A stretch of 64,000 nt of DNA. It comes from Monocercomonoides exilis PA203. Taxonomy: Eukaryota; Protista; Preaxostyla. Shown in pieces: positions 13,399 to 25,622 of this stretch; position 1 is the stretch's first letter; each line of letters starts with the position of its first letter. Position numbers and translations under genes: made by a program. The stretch is from NCBI GenBank assembly GCA_001643675.2, contig LSRY02000015.1, positions 1,773,936 through 1,837,935 of the forward strand, given 5' to 3'. A model generated the notes under the pieces. That model ran no database searches. It saw only the letters and a list, made by a program, of their open reading frames with translations, and was not told the origin of the DNA.

Positions 13399-15851
13399 TA
13401 TTTTGTTCTTTAACTTCAAATATTTTTATTTATTTATTTATTTATTTATTATCCAATTCAGCTCCATCAATCCCAGCAGCACCTTCCATTCCTGCAGCCC
13501 CGTCTATTCCAGGTGCCCCGGCCATCCCAGCTGCTCCATCAATCCCTGGAGCTCCTGCCATCCCTGGTGCACCTGCCATCCCTGGTGCCCCGGCAATTCC
13601 AGGCGCGCCTGCTATTCCTGGTGCTCCTGCTGGTTTGTGGAAAATTATACCATTTATAATAATTCATTTTTTTATTTAATTCAAATTGATTATTCGTTTT
13701 TAATAGCACCTGCAATTCCAATGCTTCCAAAGAAGCAGCCACGCAAAGCTAAAGTTGCAATGAAAGTGTTCCATTGGTCGAAGATTCCTGACAGAAACAT
13801 CGAGAAGTCTATTTGGAAGGTGTGTAATGATTCATCTTTTGTGTCTATTATCTTTTTTTTCTTTTTTATTCTTTCTTTTTTTTAAAAAAAAATTATTCAC
13901 AGAATCTTGATGATACCCACGTGAAACTCGACGAAAGTGAACTTGAACTTCTCTTCAACAAGCCCTCTCTCACTCGGAGTGCTATTTCTTCCTCTTCTTC
14001 GAGCAGCGCGGCAAACGCCCCACCGAAAGAGGTTATTCCTCAGCTGCTCGATGGAAAGCGTGCTGCTGACTGTGGAATTATGCTCTTCCAGTTTGGGTCG
14101 ATGGGTCCGAAGGGAGTTGCCGATGCCATCAGAATGTGCAGCGGATCGTTGACTGGAGAGAAACTGAAGGCGCTTTTGAACTTTGTGCCAACGAGCGAAG
14201 AGAGAGAGACTTTGACGTCGTTTGAAGGTGACCCGTCGAAGCAGAGCAAACAGGAGCAGTTCTTCCTGGAGATTGTGAAGATCCCGCGTTTGGAGGAGAG
14301 ACTGAGGTGTTTGCTGTTTATGCAGAAAGCTGAAGAGCAGCTTTCAGACATTATGACATCGCTGTCAACGCTGAAGGATGCCTGCAATTGTGTGCAGAAA
14401 GGGAAAGCGCTCAAGCAGACACTGGAGATTGTGCTTGCATTGGGTAACTTTTTGAATGGAACGACTGCACAGGGATGTGCCTATGGTGTGAAGTTGGATA
14501 CGCTGAGGAAGATGAAGGAGTTCAAATCAACACCCAAGCCAGCAGGTGCTGCCTCTTCTGAGAATGCTGAAGAGAAAGGCGACGATATGCCGCTGTGGAT
14601 GAAGTCAGGGACCATCACACTGTTCCAGTATTTGGTGCATGCGATGGAGAAGCGTGGATTGGTGAGTGCACTGAAAGAGGAGTGCAAATGTCTGAAGGAT
14701 GCAGCACAGATTCCGTTGTCGTCTGTGCAGCAGGAAGCAAACGAGGTGAATGAAGGTGTGAATCTGATTATGAACGAGCTCAAAACGATTGAGACAGCCA
14801 TCACAGCGTATGAATCAAAGGACAAGAAAGGAAAGAGCAAACCTTCAGAAGAGAAAGCAGAAGAAGCAGAAAAGGAAAGTGGGGAAGGTGAAGGAGGAGA
14901 AGGTGAAGGTGAAGAATCATCAGCATCTTCCTCTTCGTCTTCTTCGCATTCGAGCTCCCCATCACCAGGCCCAGGCAGCGAAGGTTCGAATTCTCTTCTG
15001 CAGACGCCCGAGCAGTATGAGGCTGCGAAGGTGTTCCTCTCCAAAATGCAGATGTTCTATGACTCGTTCCTGTTGAAGCAGGCAAACCTTTCGAAGACAA
15101 AGGAGGACACAGAAAACGCAATCACAGAAACAACCACAATGTTCAATGAAGATCCAAAGAAGGTTCCATCAGAGGAGTTCTTCTCAATCTTTGTCGACTT
15201 CCTTGTCAGTGTTGATGTATGTGCACATTGTGTTATGATTGAATGTGTTTTGATATTAAAATAAAATATTTTTCTATGTTTTCATATTTCTTTATTATTG
15301 AAATTTTATATATTGGATATTTTTTTTTATTTATTTAAATTTTAAATCATATATATCTTTTTTTTGGCTGATTCTTCAATGTTTCTAATGATAATCTTCA
15401 GAAAACAAGCGACGACATCAAGAAAAAGGAAGAAAAAGAGCGGAAGGACCGCGAAAAGAGAGAGCGAGAAGAAAGAAAGAAGCTTGGGCTGCCTTCAAAC
15501 TCACCCAGCGGTGGAGCGAGATCATGGGCCAACAGAGGAGCAGCAGCTTCTTCAGCGTCTTCTTCTTCTCCGTCGTCATCTGCGTCTCAGCTGGGTACTT
15601 CCGCGTCTTCTGCAGCAGACGGAGAAAGCAAAGACGAGGCGAAGGAGCAAGACGCGTCATCGCCTGGCTCTGAGCAGAAGAGCGGTGGAATTGGAGGAAG
15701 GATTGGCATTGGCAAGCTGGCGTTGGGTGGAGGAGAAGGGCAGAAGGACATTATGAATGCAATTTCCCAGCAGATCGCGTCGGGTGCTTTGCTGAGGAGA
15801 AACAGAGGAGGTGTTGGCGCCAGAGGCCCTGGGCTGAGCGGACTCCCATAA
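9601..15851 (+). CDS. Diaphanous-related formin (GBD/FH3, coiled coil, FH1-like, FH2, DAD); multi-exon (~12 exons)
   Basis: GBD/FH3-like LQQFVEADGLQALL, CFKVLMNN, LKLINAIL, RMQIRHEL. FH2 motifs MKVFHWSKI, LLDGKRA..CGIML, EQFFLEIVKIPRLEERL, LEIVLALGNFLNG, AYGVKLDTLRKM. DAD-like DIMNAISQQIASGALLRRNR in the last exon. ATG at 9601, TAA at 15849-15851. First introns 9718-9763 and 10042-10097 checked for frame. Confidence 0.9.
13273..13397 (+). repeat. (TTTTG/TTTGC)n pentanucleotide microsatellite in a formin intron
   Basis: Directly visible tandem TTTTG units. They produce the spurious 'FCFVL' ORFs in the track. Confidence 0.95.
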
Positions 15852-16550
15852 TGTCTTGTCTGGTTGCTCATGGTTTGTGATTTAAGAAAAGCCAAACATT
15901 CACTTTTGCAGTTCTTAGCTGTTAGAAGAGGCATACTTTTGGCAATTTTCAGAGATTATTTCTTGCAACAACATCGTGTGTTAGTTACCGATATGTAATT
16001 CATTGATTTGTACAACTTTTGATTGTATACTTCATAGGCATTCATGCACTTCAAACGCATTTAATTTCTTTTGTTCTGTTTTAGCAATTTTTTAATTAGA
16101 AGTCAGATATAATTTGTTAGAAAACATCTCACACTTTTATTTTGTAATCTAGAAGCTTGGTTAAACTCTTGAAGCTTCTTTGTTTCTGATCTGCTTTCTT
16201 AAAACAATATTTTTTCGCATGTGAATATTTAAACGTTATTTTTAATTAAAACAGTTATTTATTGAGAAAATTTGTTGTTATTTGTATTTTTTTATAAGAG
16301 GAAAATCAGTTGTTAAAAAAGAGATTTTACAAAAATGGTGTGAAAATGAATGATCTGATTCACATTAAAAGAAAAATGATTTTTTGAGCTCATTTTGGCT
16401 TTGTTCTTTCGGTTCAAATGAGTTTCGATAAATGAAAAAATAACTTATTTGAATAACTTTTAGTGAGCTGTGCAGAGCAAATGTTCGTTTTTCTAATACA
16501 TCATTATTAAATTGAATATAATCGCTCACATAGGAAGAAATGGAAGTTTT

Positions 16551-16581
<31 letters not shown>

Positions 16582-16897
16582 TGACACAGTGCGATGAAAA
16601 TTTTTCTGAGAGTGTGATTTTTTTTGAAAAAATAAACATTTTGCAAAATAGTTACATTTGTTCCTGAGAAAGAAACAAATGGCTGATTCTTTTAAAAATC
16701 ACACGTTCATTCGAGTTTTGGTCGAAATTTTTTACCGCAATGGAATACTGAAAAGAACACTTTTTCTTTAAAACATCATCATAAGCTACATGAAATAACT
16801 GTTGAAGTTCATATTTTCATAAATCTCTTTGAGATTTAATTTTTGATCAAAACTCAAATAAAAGAATCATATCAAAAAGGATTAGCCACGTAATATA

Positions 16898-18917
16898 GTG
16901 TGATTTATAAACCTGGACTTTAATATAATTTTGGTTTGAAAAAAAAATTTTTTTTTTATTCTAACAATCATGTTTTAATTCTTAAAATTGAAATTATAAA
17001 TAATATCCATAATCAACAAGTTCTCTCTATTCAATTTTTCCTGGAATTTTTCAGCTTAGGTTCATCATCCAAACCATCATCATTCATTATATTATATTTG
17101 CGATATCTCCTTTTTTGGGCTTTTCAGTTGCGAGAAGAATTCTGCTTCATTTTCATGATTATTATCTTGTCTTATCTTATTTTCAATTATTTTTTCTTCT
17201 CTTCTCCATTCTTCAAAGAATTGTTGTTTGGTTGTGTTTTTTACAGAAAAATCAAGTCTGCGTGTTCTCTTTTTTAGTGTCACCGAATGTCTCTTTGGTA
17301 TGCCAGATAAAATTGAATACCGCTCTTTTGAAAGCGCAAAGCTTTTCTTGAACAAAGAAAAGATAATTGCAGGAAGCAATGCCGTCTGATGGGCTTGTGG
17401 AAGAACGTTGGAGAGAAATGGAAGAATTCGGAGGCACAGAGTGCAGAGGGTTGATTCATTTCTTGAAAATAGAAAACACACCACGATAAAGAGGGCGTGC
17501 GATGTGTGAACTGTGAGGAATAAAAGTGACGATGTTATTATTGTCATCGGTCAATTTCTGCCAGACATCAAGCTGAGCCCGAGAAGAATGAGAATCCAAA
17601 AAATGAAGATATCTTTTATGGTTCTTCATTAAAATATCCCCTCTTTCGATGATTCCATTCAGTTTAACCTCCTATGCATATCTTTTGAAAATGCTTTCTG
17701 TCGTCCATCCTTCGTTGTTGTCCCAAACGTCCATCTACGCAGTCAACAGAACTCGCATCTCCTTTGGTAATTTGTGGCATGGACACAACACAACGCTTTT
17801 GAGAGAATAACCATTTGCAGCAGCTGAGACAACCAAAGTTGCATATGGCATGTTTGGAAGTGTTGTATGGAAACAGGCTGGCACTCCTGAAGTGTTAATA
17901 ACCAGAGTTTTGAAGGAATAAGATAGGCACAGTGAAGATTCATCAGGGTCAAGGATCAAAGAATATGAATAATAATGTGAATCATGAAGATTTTACAGAA
18001 GCTCGAAGAAAAGTGAAACAGCGTGTTCGTTGGATACTGAAAGACATTGGATATCCACATTTGTGTGCATGGATGCTTTGAGCTCTGAATACCTTTTTGT
18101 AAATAAATATGAATATGCTTATGATACACTGGCATTTTTATCAGCTTCATTCTCTGAACGCCTTTTTTGTAGGAAAGGACGGATTCAATCTGCAAAATAC
18201 TAATTATGAAAAACAAAATAAAAAAGTGAAGATGAAAACAGACAAATTCACTTGTTCTCTTGGTATTAAAACTTGTTCCTGATAAACTTTTAATTTTTAA
18301 TGACTCGGACAATAGGATTTTTATCATCTTCATTGTACAGTTATGACCCACCAGATTTTCCAACATCCCTTCCACTCTCAACTGCTGAAACTGCTCTGAA
18401 AACCGCAGAATGAGAGAATTCTTTAGAATTTATTGAGTCAATAATTCGAACAATGCCATCAACAACAATACATGACATGGACTTGAAACGATTTTCAAAA
18501 CTTCGATATTCAAATGTTATCATTTTTTCTCGAATAATCGACTGGCCATTTTCTTTTTTGTTAAGCACTGTGTTTATACCAAAAACAATTGAAAGAAATC
18601 TTTCAAAATTTCACAAAAATAGTTTTTTTTTCTAATGAAAATTAAAATGTTTTTATGGATTTAATACTCACTCAATTAACCCCGTTGTTATAGCCTTATC
18701 TCTTCAGGAGATGCACAAACCAGAGATGGAGGAGCAAACACTCCATCCACACCTCCATCAGAGATTAAATGTCGTGATTTTATTAAAATTTCTAACTTTT
18801 GACTTTTAGTTAAAAACCGAAAACAGTATCAAAAATCTGAAAAGTGGATAAAATCTATTTTCAATTACAAAAAAAAAATTCCAGTGTTTTCAAAAAGTTC
18901 GAAATAACAAATCACAC
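16898..18917 (-). mobile_element. Pogo-type (IS630-Tc1-mariner superfamily) DNA transposon, decayed full-length copy B (~2.02 kb)
   Basis: Imperfect TIRs ta|GTGTGATTTATAAACC... and ...GAAATAACAAATCACAC|ta with TA flanks. Minus-strand transposase fragments (FEYRSFENR..AVESGRDVGK; DESSL; ATLVVSAAANGYSLKSVVL; TVHTSH) align with the copy at 41.7 kb. Intron at 18190-18243. Several stops and frameshifts. Confidence 0.85.
18666..18817 (-). other. Conserved GC-rich hairpin element upstream of pogo transposase (copy B); candidate structured RNA or cis-element
   Basis: Reverse complement aligns with 41802-41957 and folds into the same three-helix stem (see findings). Confidence 0.55.
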
Positions 18918-19055
18918 TATACACACATGATTATTTTCCTTATTGATTGAATCAAACGGATTGTTTTCATCGTTTTCATTGAAATGTTTTTTTCTTTATA
19001 ATCAAAACTTGCAAGTGTGTTTTCGTGTCTTTCTCTTTGACTTTTTGAGAATCAC

Positions 19056-19086
19056 AAAAAAAAATAAAAAATAAAAAATAAAAAAT

Positions 19087-19123
<37 letters not shown>

Positions 19124-19158
19124 AAATAAAAAATAAAAAAAAAAAAAAAAAAAAAAAA
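19056..19158 (+). repeat. A-rich (AAAAAAT/AAAAAT)n simple repeat ending in a poly-A run
   Basis: Directly visible. Confidence 0.85.
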
Positions 19159-19453
19159 CACTTTTTATAAAAATGTTCCACATCATATCATCAGAAATGA
19201 AAAACAAACAAAACAATACATCTGTTTTTTTGAACTACATCTTTTCCATAAATTTTTGATTTTAGAAAAAATCAATGTCAGTTTTCTTCAAGTTTATTTC
19301 TAATACTGCCTTTTCTACTATGTCAAAAGCAATACTCACTTATTCAAAAAGTCATTCATAACCAAAATTTTTTAAGAGGTATTATTTTTTTTGAAACTCT
19401 TCAAAAATCCGTTTTTCGTTGGATCAGTATATTTTTTATTTGTAACTTCTCCA

Positions 19454-20927
19454 ATGTCCTCAGACACAAAGTATTACGATATTCTAGGAATAACTAAAGA
19501 AGCAACAGATGATGAAATAAAGAAAGCTTATCGGAAGGCAGCTATTAAATGGCATCCGGATAAAAATGTTTGATAATAATATTTAGAATCCTCCTGTGAA
19601 ATTTTTTAATCATTGTTAATGTTATTGAACATTTTGCATATTTTATATCATTTGTTAAATATGCTATTGCTTTATTAGCCCGGAAATCCAGAAGCAACAG
19701 AAAAGTTCAAACAAATTGGAGAAGCGTACGAAGTCTTAAGCGACCCAAAAAAACGAGAACTATATGATAAGTTTGGATTCTTTAAAAGTTTTTATTCAAT
19801 AATACATAAATTTTGATTGTAGATATGGAGAAGAAGGAATGAAAGAAGGTGGAGGAGTTCAATTTCACAGTGCCACTGATCTGTTTGATTCCATTTTTGG
19901 AGGCGGTCTTTTTGGAAGGTCAGCTCCGCAAAAACCCACAAAAGGAGATGATGTTGTTCATCACATTAAGTTTTCCCTCGAAGATCTCTATGCGGGAAAA
20001 AAGAAGAAGCTCCGAATTTCAGCAAAAAAAGTTTGCAGTCTTTGCAAGGGATATGGATCTACAAAGCCAAATGCAGTTGTAAAATGCACGGTTTGCAATG
20101 GAACAGGAATGCAAACGATCACGCAACAGCTTGGACCCGGATTTATTTCAACTTCAAGGCAACCTTGCAGAGCATGCAGGCAAAGAGGAGAAGTCATCAA
20201 AGATGAAGATCGGTGTCCTTTGTGCAATGGAGAGAAAACAAGAACGGAACAGAAAGATCTTGAATTTACTGTCGAAGCAGGCTCATACGATGGACAAAAA
20301 GTGGTGCTACGTAATGAAGGTGATGAAGAGCCTGGAGTTGAAGCAGGTGATTTAATTATTGTTATTGATGAGAAGCCTCATGACACTTTTCAGCGAAAAG
20401 GAAGAGATCTAGTTATGAACAAAACTATCACATTGGGAGAAGCATTATGCGGATTTGAGTTTTCTGTTACAACTTTGGATAAAAGGCAACTTTTGATTAA
20501 GCCAAATCCTGAAGACGTAATTAAGCCTGGTGCTATTAGATGCATTCCAAATGAAGGAATGCCCGTGTATCGATCACCTTTGGATAAAGGTTCATTAGTT
20601 ATAAAATTTGAAGTCGAATTTCCTGAAAAAGGTTCAATTTCAGATGAAAGGAAAAGTGCAATTGCAAAAATCCTTCCTGCACCATCATCTTCATTTACTC
20701 CAGGATTTACTTCACTTTCTGCTCAAAAGAAAGCAAAAGGAGGTAAGCCTTCAAGCTCTGCAACAACTTCAACAAATACAAGCGATTTTGAAGAAGCTGA
20801 ACTTACTGAATTTTCATCAGGAGGAGATCACAGCGCTTATTCATCTAGTTATAGCGGTTCATATGATGATTACGAAGGAAGCGGAAGAAGAGGTGGGACC
20901 CACGTACAGGCTTGTACAATATGCTAA
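19454..20927 (+). CDS. DNAJA: Class A (type I) Hsp40/DnaJ co-chaperone, Ydj1/DNAJA-like; exons 19454-19567, 19679-19770, 19823-20927
   Basis: J-domain [23 protein letters not shown]|[35 protein letters not shown] region, four CxxCxGxG-type zinc motifs, C-terminal peptide-binding domains and a terminal CaaX-like CTIC. Introns are GT-AG and in frame. Confidence 0.95.
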
Positions 20928-21168
20928 AACCGTTGTAAAATGACTATTTCAAAAATAATATAACAATTGAATTTCGAGAAATAACATTTTTTGTTAGCTT
21001 TTTTTTAAATTTATCTTTTTTTTAAAACATTTTTTTAATTTTCACTTCATTTCCCTCAAACATTCGCATTTCAAAATTTTATAATTTGGAAGTTGATTCA
21101 TTAACAAAACAGAATTTGAATGAAACATAATTCATTAATTACAAAAATCCTAGTTGAGAAATAAAAAT

Positions 21169-21252
21169 TCTCCCCAGCCGGGTTCGAACCAGCGACCTCA
21201 AGATAACAGCTTTTTCTACAGTCTCGCGCTCTTCCAACTGAGCTATGGAGAG
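21169..21252 (-). tRNA. tRNA-Tyr(GTA) with 11-nt canonical intron (21205-21215)
   Basis: Minus strand reads CTCTCCATAGCTCAGTTGGAAGAGCGCGAGACTGTAG[AAAAAGCTGTT]ATCTTGAGGTCGCTGGTTCGAACCCGGCTGGGGAGA. It has a 7-bp acceptor stem with C1:G72 and A73 (eukaryotic Tyr identity), A and B boxes, an intron after position 37 and a T5 terminator just downstream. Confidence 0.97.
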
Positions 21253-21322
21253 AACTTAAAAGAACTTGTTCGAATTTTCCCTGCCACACCAAACTGATTG
21301 AGTAACAACGTATTAAAGGATA

Positions 21323-23555
21323 GTGTTTTCATTGGAACCTATTTTTGATGGCACCTTTTTTTTATTTCTTTGTGAAATATATAATTTTCTATAAGAAACA
21401 AAGATTGTTTGCACAAACAATTGTTTTTGTCATCAGCGGATGAATAGATGTTCTTATTTGATTTCGGGGAAACAGTGAAATATGTTAGTGAAATTCTTGT
21501 ATGAAAAAAACATGACAAATTCTTTTTAAAAACAAATAGAATAAACAAAAATTTATTAAAGCAAATACTACCTATATCAAAACTTGAAAAGTCTTTTGGC
21601 TGCTTTTAATGGACTTTTTTTATGATCATTTCCCAAAAAATTGATTTGTATTTTAATGATCAAAAAAAAGCTGAAGAAGGAAAAAGAAAAATGCAAGCAG
21701 AAATGGCGTCGATTGACTATCGCATTTATGAAAATAGACTCGAGAGAATGGCGCGAATTCTGATTGATGGAAAAGCCAGGCTTGTGGATGCGACGAACTT
21801 CTGTGAATTTTCAAAAAAAACTCTCATCCATGCAGTGAAGGCTGTTAAAAGTGACAGGGATGTTGCCAAAGGAGGAAGACCTTCATTGCTGCGCAAGGAA
21901 AAAAAGGAAATTGTTACAGACGTTATAAAAATTGAAGCAAAGTGTGGAACAAACCTGACAGTGAAGAAAACAAAAGAATTGGTTTGTAAAATATTTTTCT
22001 TCTATTTATTTGTTTCTATTTGGAGAATTTTTTTTGTAAAGTTCCTTTTGTTTTATTTTCTAATAGAATAATAATTTCATATTTCGATCAATTTTCTGTT
22101 CCCACTCACCAAATTTCGCTGTCATGAAAGTGAAAGCATTGTGATGTTATTTTTTTCATGACATCGAAATTTGGTGAGTGGGAACAGAAAATTGATCGAA
22201 ATATGAAATTATTATTCTATTAGAAAATAAAACAAAAGGAACTTTTCAAAAAAATTAGCCGTTTAGATTGAAAATGCGATAGAAGATGAAGATTCAGAGA
22301 TTTCAATTGATGCTTCACCAAAAAAAGAAATTTCAAAATCCGCGGCTTATTCCTTCTTGCGAAATCAACCCGAATTGAAATTACAAAAGCCAAAAATTAC
22401 GGATTCAAAACGTCTTGCAGCATCTTGTCAAGACGCTTTGAAACCTTGGTACGAAATGCTTGATGATTTGCATTCAAAGTTCAAACACCGAAGGGAGATA
22501 ATCTTTTATGTGGATGAAACATCACCGAGATTATCAGATAATTGCTAAAAACTTGTTGCGACATCCTCGGAATCTCCTTCAGCCTGTTGTCTAGCATTTT
22601 CGAGAGTTCGAAACGTGATACATGTGACTGCTGTTTCCTCGGATGGTTTTTCTTTGCACTCAATTGTTCTTTGGCCTAGTTCAAATGTTCCGGTAGAGTT
22701 GACTCCTTTTCTATCTTCTTCGCTTGATGTGTAGTGCAATACGAACGGTTGGATGATCTATTCTCCTTTCGAACATTCCTCTTTGCACGTTCTTCTTCTT
22801 GAAATATTAGAACATAAGAAAAGAATGAAGTTTTCTGAAGAGATAAGTTTGGTATTTGTCGATTCGCACAGCTCTCATGCAAAACCTATTATTTGAAGAA
22901 AATTTTTGGAATCAAATGTGGATGTCATCACATTTGTTCCTCACACAACACATATTTCGCAACCTCTCGATAGAGGTGTTTTTGCTGTTCTTAAATCGGT
23001 TTTAAATTCATCAATAGAAATCCCTCAATCTTCAACAGCTTCTTCCAACAGAAGGGATTTGGTAGACATCCTTCCTCAAGCTCTTCACTCTGCATTCGCA
23101 CCATCAGTAATTAAGAATGCATTTGATGTAAGTGGTGATTTGTTTAGATCGTCAGGACCAGTTTTACGTAAATTGCCCAAACACTCTTCATTTCCTTTAC
23201 CCACTTGTTCAAATCGTTTTGATTTTTACGGAAAACTGCTCACAAATGAGGATTTCTTAGAAAAGTGGGAAGAAGATATATTTATTCGAACAAGTGCGAA
23301 ATGTTCCGAAGCCGAAGAAGAAACAGAAAACATTGAAGATACTCTTCCATTAAAGTCAAAGAAGAAAAGAGTTTGTCGAAGAATTTTGCATGATGATTTG
23401 GAAAATATCGAAGAAGATAATTCTGCAGATCAAAGTTCAAAAAAAAAAAAAGAAAAATAAAAAGACTATTTGAACCGAGTTTTGTTTATTTTTGCTAATT
23501 GATTCTGTATTTTTTGAATTTTATCACTTCAAAAATTAGGTGCAAATAAAAACAC
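21323..23555 (+). mobile_element. Pogo-type DNA transposon, decayed full-length copy C (~2.23 kb)
   Basis: Imperfect ~26-bp TIRs ta|GTGTTTTCATTGGAACCTATTTTTGA and TCAAAAATTAGGTGCAAATAAAAACAC|ta. Transposase fragments at 21682-23460 (IFYVDET; DSHSSH; FVPHTTHISQPLDRGVF). Intron 21982-22266. In-frame stops and frameshifts. Confidence 0.85.
22027..22256. repeat. Near-perfect hairpin (~103-bp arms, ~24-nt loop) inside the transposase intron
   Basis: 22027-22129 is the reverse complement of 22154-22256 with only a few differences. Confidence 0.92.
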
Positions 23556-24117
23556 TAACCTATTTATCTAAATGAATGTAATTCAATCAAAACGGAACTT
23601 TTTCTCTCTCAAAGTAGGCAACTCGACGAATTTCATTTTTTTTGTTTTAAAAGTTATGATCTAAACTTTTTTGGTGTCTTTAATTACTTAGTCAACATTA
23701 TGAGTTAGGTTTTAACATTTTGTTTGAATGTTTGTTATATATTACTAAAACTTTTTATGATCCGTTTTTTGAGTTTTGTTGATTTTTTGGACAGAACATT
23801 TATATCATGTTTATATGCAATTTTAATGAGGATAAATAACTTTTTACCATATTTAACTATATTTTTTATATGTTTTGTGTACATATAAAAGTATAAATGT
23901 TTAAATAATACTTTTTTAACAAATTCAGACATTTCACATTTTTATTTTTTGTTTTGAGTGTTAACAATGAAATAAAGTTACTCAATGAAAATTTCTTGCA
24001 TTTTTATTAATGATTAAAATTTATTTATATAAAAAAACAAGTCAATCAGAAAATCATATTATTAATGGGAAAAAATGTCAGTGAGGTGAATAAAAAATTA
24101 ACAAACAATAGAAAAAC

Positions 24118-25622
24118 TTACTGTCTTTGGTTTAACAAGCTCTGCAATGGGGTTTCACTTGCTCTTTTTTCTTTTTTTGAGGTGCTAGAGGAAGAAGCAG
24201 AAGGAAAGGAAAACGATGATGAGGATTGCTGAAGGCGAAGAGATCTCCACTGATTGGGAAAATACCAAGCTTGAGAAAAATCATTGATTTCCATTTCTAC
24301 TTCCATTTCGTCTCTTTCATTTATAATAATTTCATCTCTTCTTTCTTTTTCTTCTGCAGAAATTATCTTTTTCTTATCTTTTTCTTCTTTTTCTTTGTCA
24401 TTTTCTGACTGTGGGTCATGAGAATCGCCAAAAAAACATAGTTATGGTATTATTCATATTAAATCAAGTGTTTTTAACACCATAAACATTAATATGGGCA
24501 AAAAAATAAAATTATACTTATTTCTTTTGCAAGCAAAGATGTTACACTGGGAGTTAGTGGCAAGTCAGGGTTCAGTCTGTTTTTCAGTTTTGCTCTATAT
24601 TTATCGTTGGTCACCTTTCTTGCTCTCATTCAATTAAAATAGTTAATATGCAAGTCCTTGACAAACCTTCGATTTGCTTCAGAATCCTTCTCAGTTAGCG
24701 GATTGTGCAGAATGTGAAAATTAGCCAAGCAGCACGCAACAGAAAAGTAACTTCCAACTCTGAAGACTTCAAAAGGCCAAGGATGGCGAAAGACAGCGAA
24801 AAGAGTCTTCAATCTTCCAAAGAAGCGCTCAACGATGACGCGGCGAGAAGCGAGGTGGGGAGTTCCGACTGGTTTGGATATAATAGCGTCAATTTCAGCT
24901 CTTGCACCAATGAAAGCGGAGTCTGCGAGCACTTTTGAGCCTCCTAGAAGAGCTTGAAATTGAGGGTAATGATCCTTAAAGATGTTAAAATCATGTGTGC
25001 TGCCTGTATTCACTGAACTGAGCGTGCATGCTGTGCCAATGCGAGGGTTGACTCCAACTTCTATTTTAACGCAGTATATGTGGTGCTTCCCACTGTAATA
25101 CTTCTCTCCAAATTCCAAACGTCCAGCAGGCCGGTTGATAGGTATGACTGTGCAATCCACAACCACTCCATCATTTTTCATGTCATCTAACATATCTGGC
25201 CGAAATGTTAACAACAAATCAGCCAAAGGTATTTTTAAATCATTCACAACACTATAAAGAAGTCGAATAAGAGCATTTTGTGTTTTGTAAAATGAAGAAG
25301 CCAAAAAATGAGTGAATGTTGCTGATCCAAGGTGCAAAAATGAAAGAAGCAAAAAAACTTGATCCTAAAAATTACTCAACGCTCTCTCTTTTCCTCTGTG
25401 ATATGGAATTTCCTTTTGAAGAAGTTTCATATGAAGATCAAATTCACAACGAGAAAATCCTGTAAGTCTGAAAAATGCCTTTAATTTATCTCCTTCAAAT
25501 TTTTGACAGGCAATTTTTATCAAAGATTCTTTCTCTTCAGATTCCTCGAGATGTGTTGGCTCAGAAATGCGATTTCTTTTTTCGACTTGAGTCAAAATAC
25601 TCATAAATGTTGATTGAGACAT
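24118..25622 (-). mobile_element. PIF/Harbinger-superfamily (DDE_Tnp_4, ISL2EU-like) transposase gene, frameshifted
   Basis: Motifs FFRLTGFSRCEF (N-terminal HTH region), VVDCTVIPINRP, YYSGKHHIYCVK, GSTHDFNIF, VLADSAFIG, RRVIVERFFGRLK. Frame breaks near 25360 and 24630. Probable acidic/basic tail exon down to the stop at 24118. Element ends not firmly defined. Confidence 0.8.

Noticed and set aside
13231-13885. ORFs with FCFVL / NKTKQ repeats
   Set aside because: Translations of the intronic (TTTTG)n microsatellite.
21101-21292. 63-aa minus-strand ORF
   Set aside because: It is the tRNA-Tyr gene read as codons.
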